64,000 nt of DNA from Ophelia neglecta (taxonomy: Eukaryota), in the NCBI GenBank assembly GCA_965285935.1, contig OZ260661.1, positions 121,272,001-121,336,000 of the forward strand, read 5' to 3'. Each line of letters starts with the position of its first letter. Position 1 is the first letter of the stretch. The position numbers and the translations under genes were made by a program. Below, one piece after another: positions 63,330 through 64,000 of this stretch. The notes below the pieces were generated by a model. That model saw nothing but the letters and a program-made list of their open reading frames with translations. It ran no database searches and was not told the DNA's origin.

Positions 63330-63800
63330 AGACTCACTATATTACTATGCTCTGTCTGTCCTGATCACATGTTTTAGTTCCCTCATTACCACCTCCTAAT
63401 AACCTGCTAAGTGGTAAGCTCCAGGTAGCCTGTAAACTCTGAACACACAAGACAAACATGCATCCTACTTGTCCGAGTTTCATCTCGCCCAATTTGGAGC
63501 TGATGGCACGGTGCATACAAACGGACACATCAATCCAGTCAGCTAGTTCCTCTCCCTTAGCCACATCCGTGGCTTAGACAAATTGTCCAAACTGCCATGT
63601 CGGCTAATAAGTTAAAAGCATTTTCATTTTCCAGAATTATGGGAGGACTAGGGCACCCATGTTCGGATGCTGGAGAAATTTGTCTATGAGCTGATCCATC
63701 TCTTTGCTCATGTAAGACAGAGTTGTGGGAGCTGCATGGCCCTCCATTCATTAGACTAAATCCCGCCTTGGGCATCGCCTAGTGGACTGAGCCCATTACA
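63330..63800 (-). mobile_element. Decayed LINE APE-endonuclease fragment
   Basis: PIILENENAFNLL (PII.GDFNAH..L-like) followed after a frameshift by KGEELADWID (RG..L.DWI-like). Confidence 0.4.
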
Positions 63801-64000
63801 CTGCTTTCATTCCTTGCCTTTATTGGGACAGCTCTCCTATGGGGAGCATTTCTCAGGTAGACTGGCTATTCCCAGATATAATTTAATGTCTTATTGGCTT
63901 CTTGAATCTCTTGTATTGCTTTGGAGGAGGCAGACACAGTGGTCCACCTTGACTCCCTTCCCTTGATGGTCTCAGAGAGTCAGCAGAACCTCCCTTGATG

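Noticed and set aside
1-64000. Hammerhead ribozymes, tRNAs and snRNAs
   Set aside because: Inspected CTGANGA cores on both strands lacked a properly placed stem II plus GAAA; no intact tRNA A/B boxes with a cloverleaf were seen by eye. An Infernal/Rfam scan would be decisive.

Overview
Eukaryotic (animal, probably invertebrate) genomic DNA with no prokaryotic features. It is CpG-poor and almost entirely intronic. The whole window lies inside one large minus-strand gene encoding a PDZRN3/PDZRN4 (LNX3/4-family) PDZ-domain RING E3 ligase homologue. Five coding exons (55355-55114, 40189-40048, 22472-22374, 17187-17125, 15120-15019; 648 nt, 216 aa) have canonical AG/GT boundaries and matching phases. 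They splice into the C-terminal half of PDZ1, the linker and the whole of PDZ2. The RING/PDZ1 N-terminal exons (>64000) and the large C-terminal exon (<1) are not recognisable in the window. The introns (1.9 to 17.6 kb) hold about 15 tandem-repeat arrays, many G/C homopolymer tracts, a MITE, a possible Helitron end, a SWIM-finger transposon relic and a dozen or so heavily decayed non-LTR retrotransposon (LINE) fragments. The most interesting signals are splicing-level candidates: a stop-containing 63-nt cassette just after PDZ2, a 3-nt microexon, recursive-splice-like AG|GT sites, and an intronic MGLCFS-starting exon whose donor sits in a perfect 27-nt palindrome. All family assignments are by-eye comparison with remembered motifs; no database search was run. 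I do not see evidence of a wholly new multi-gene system.
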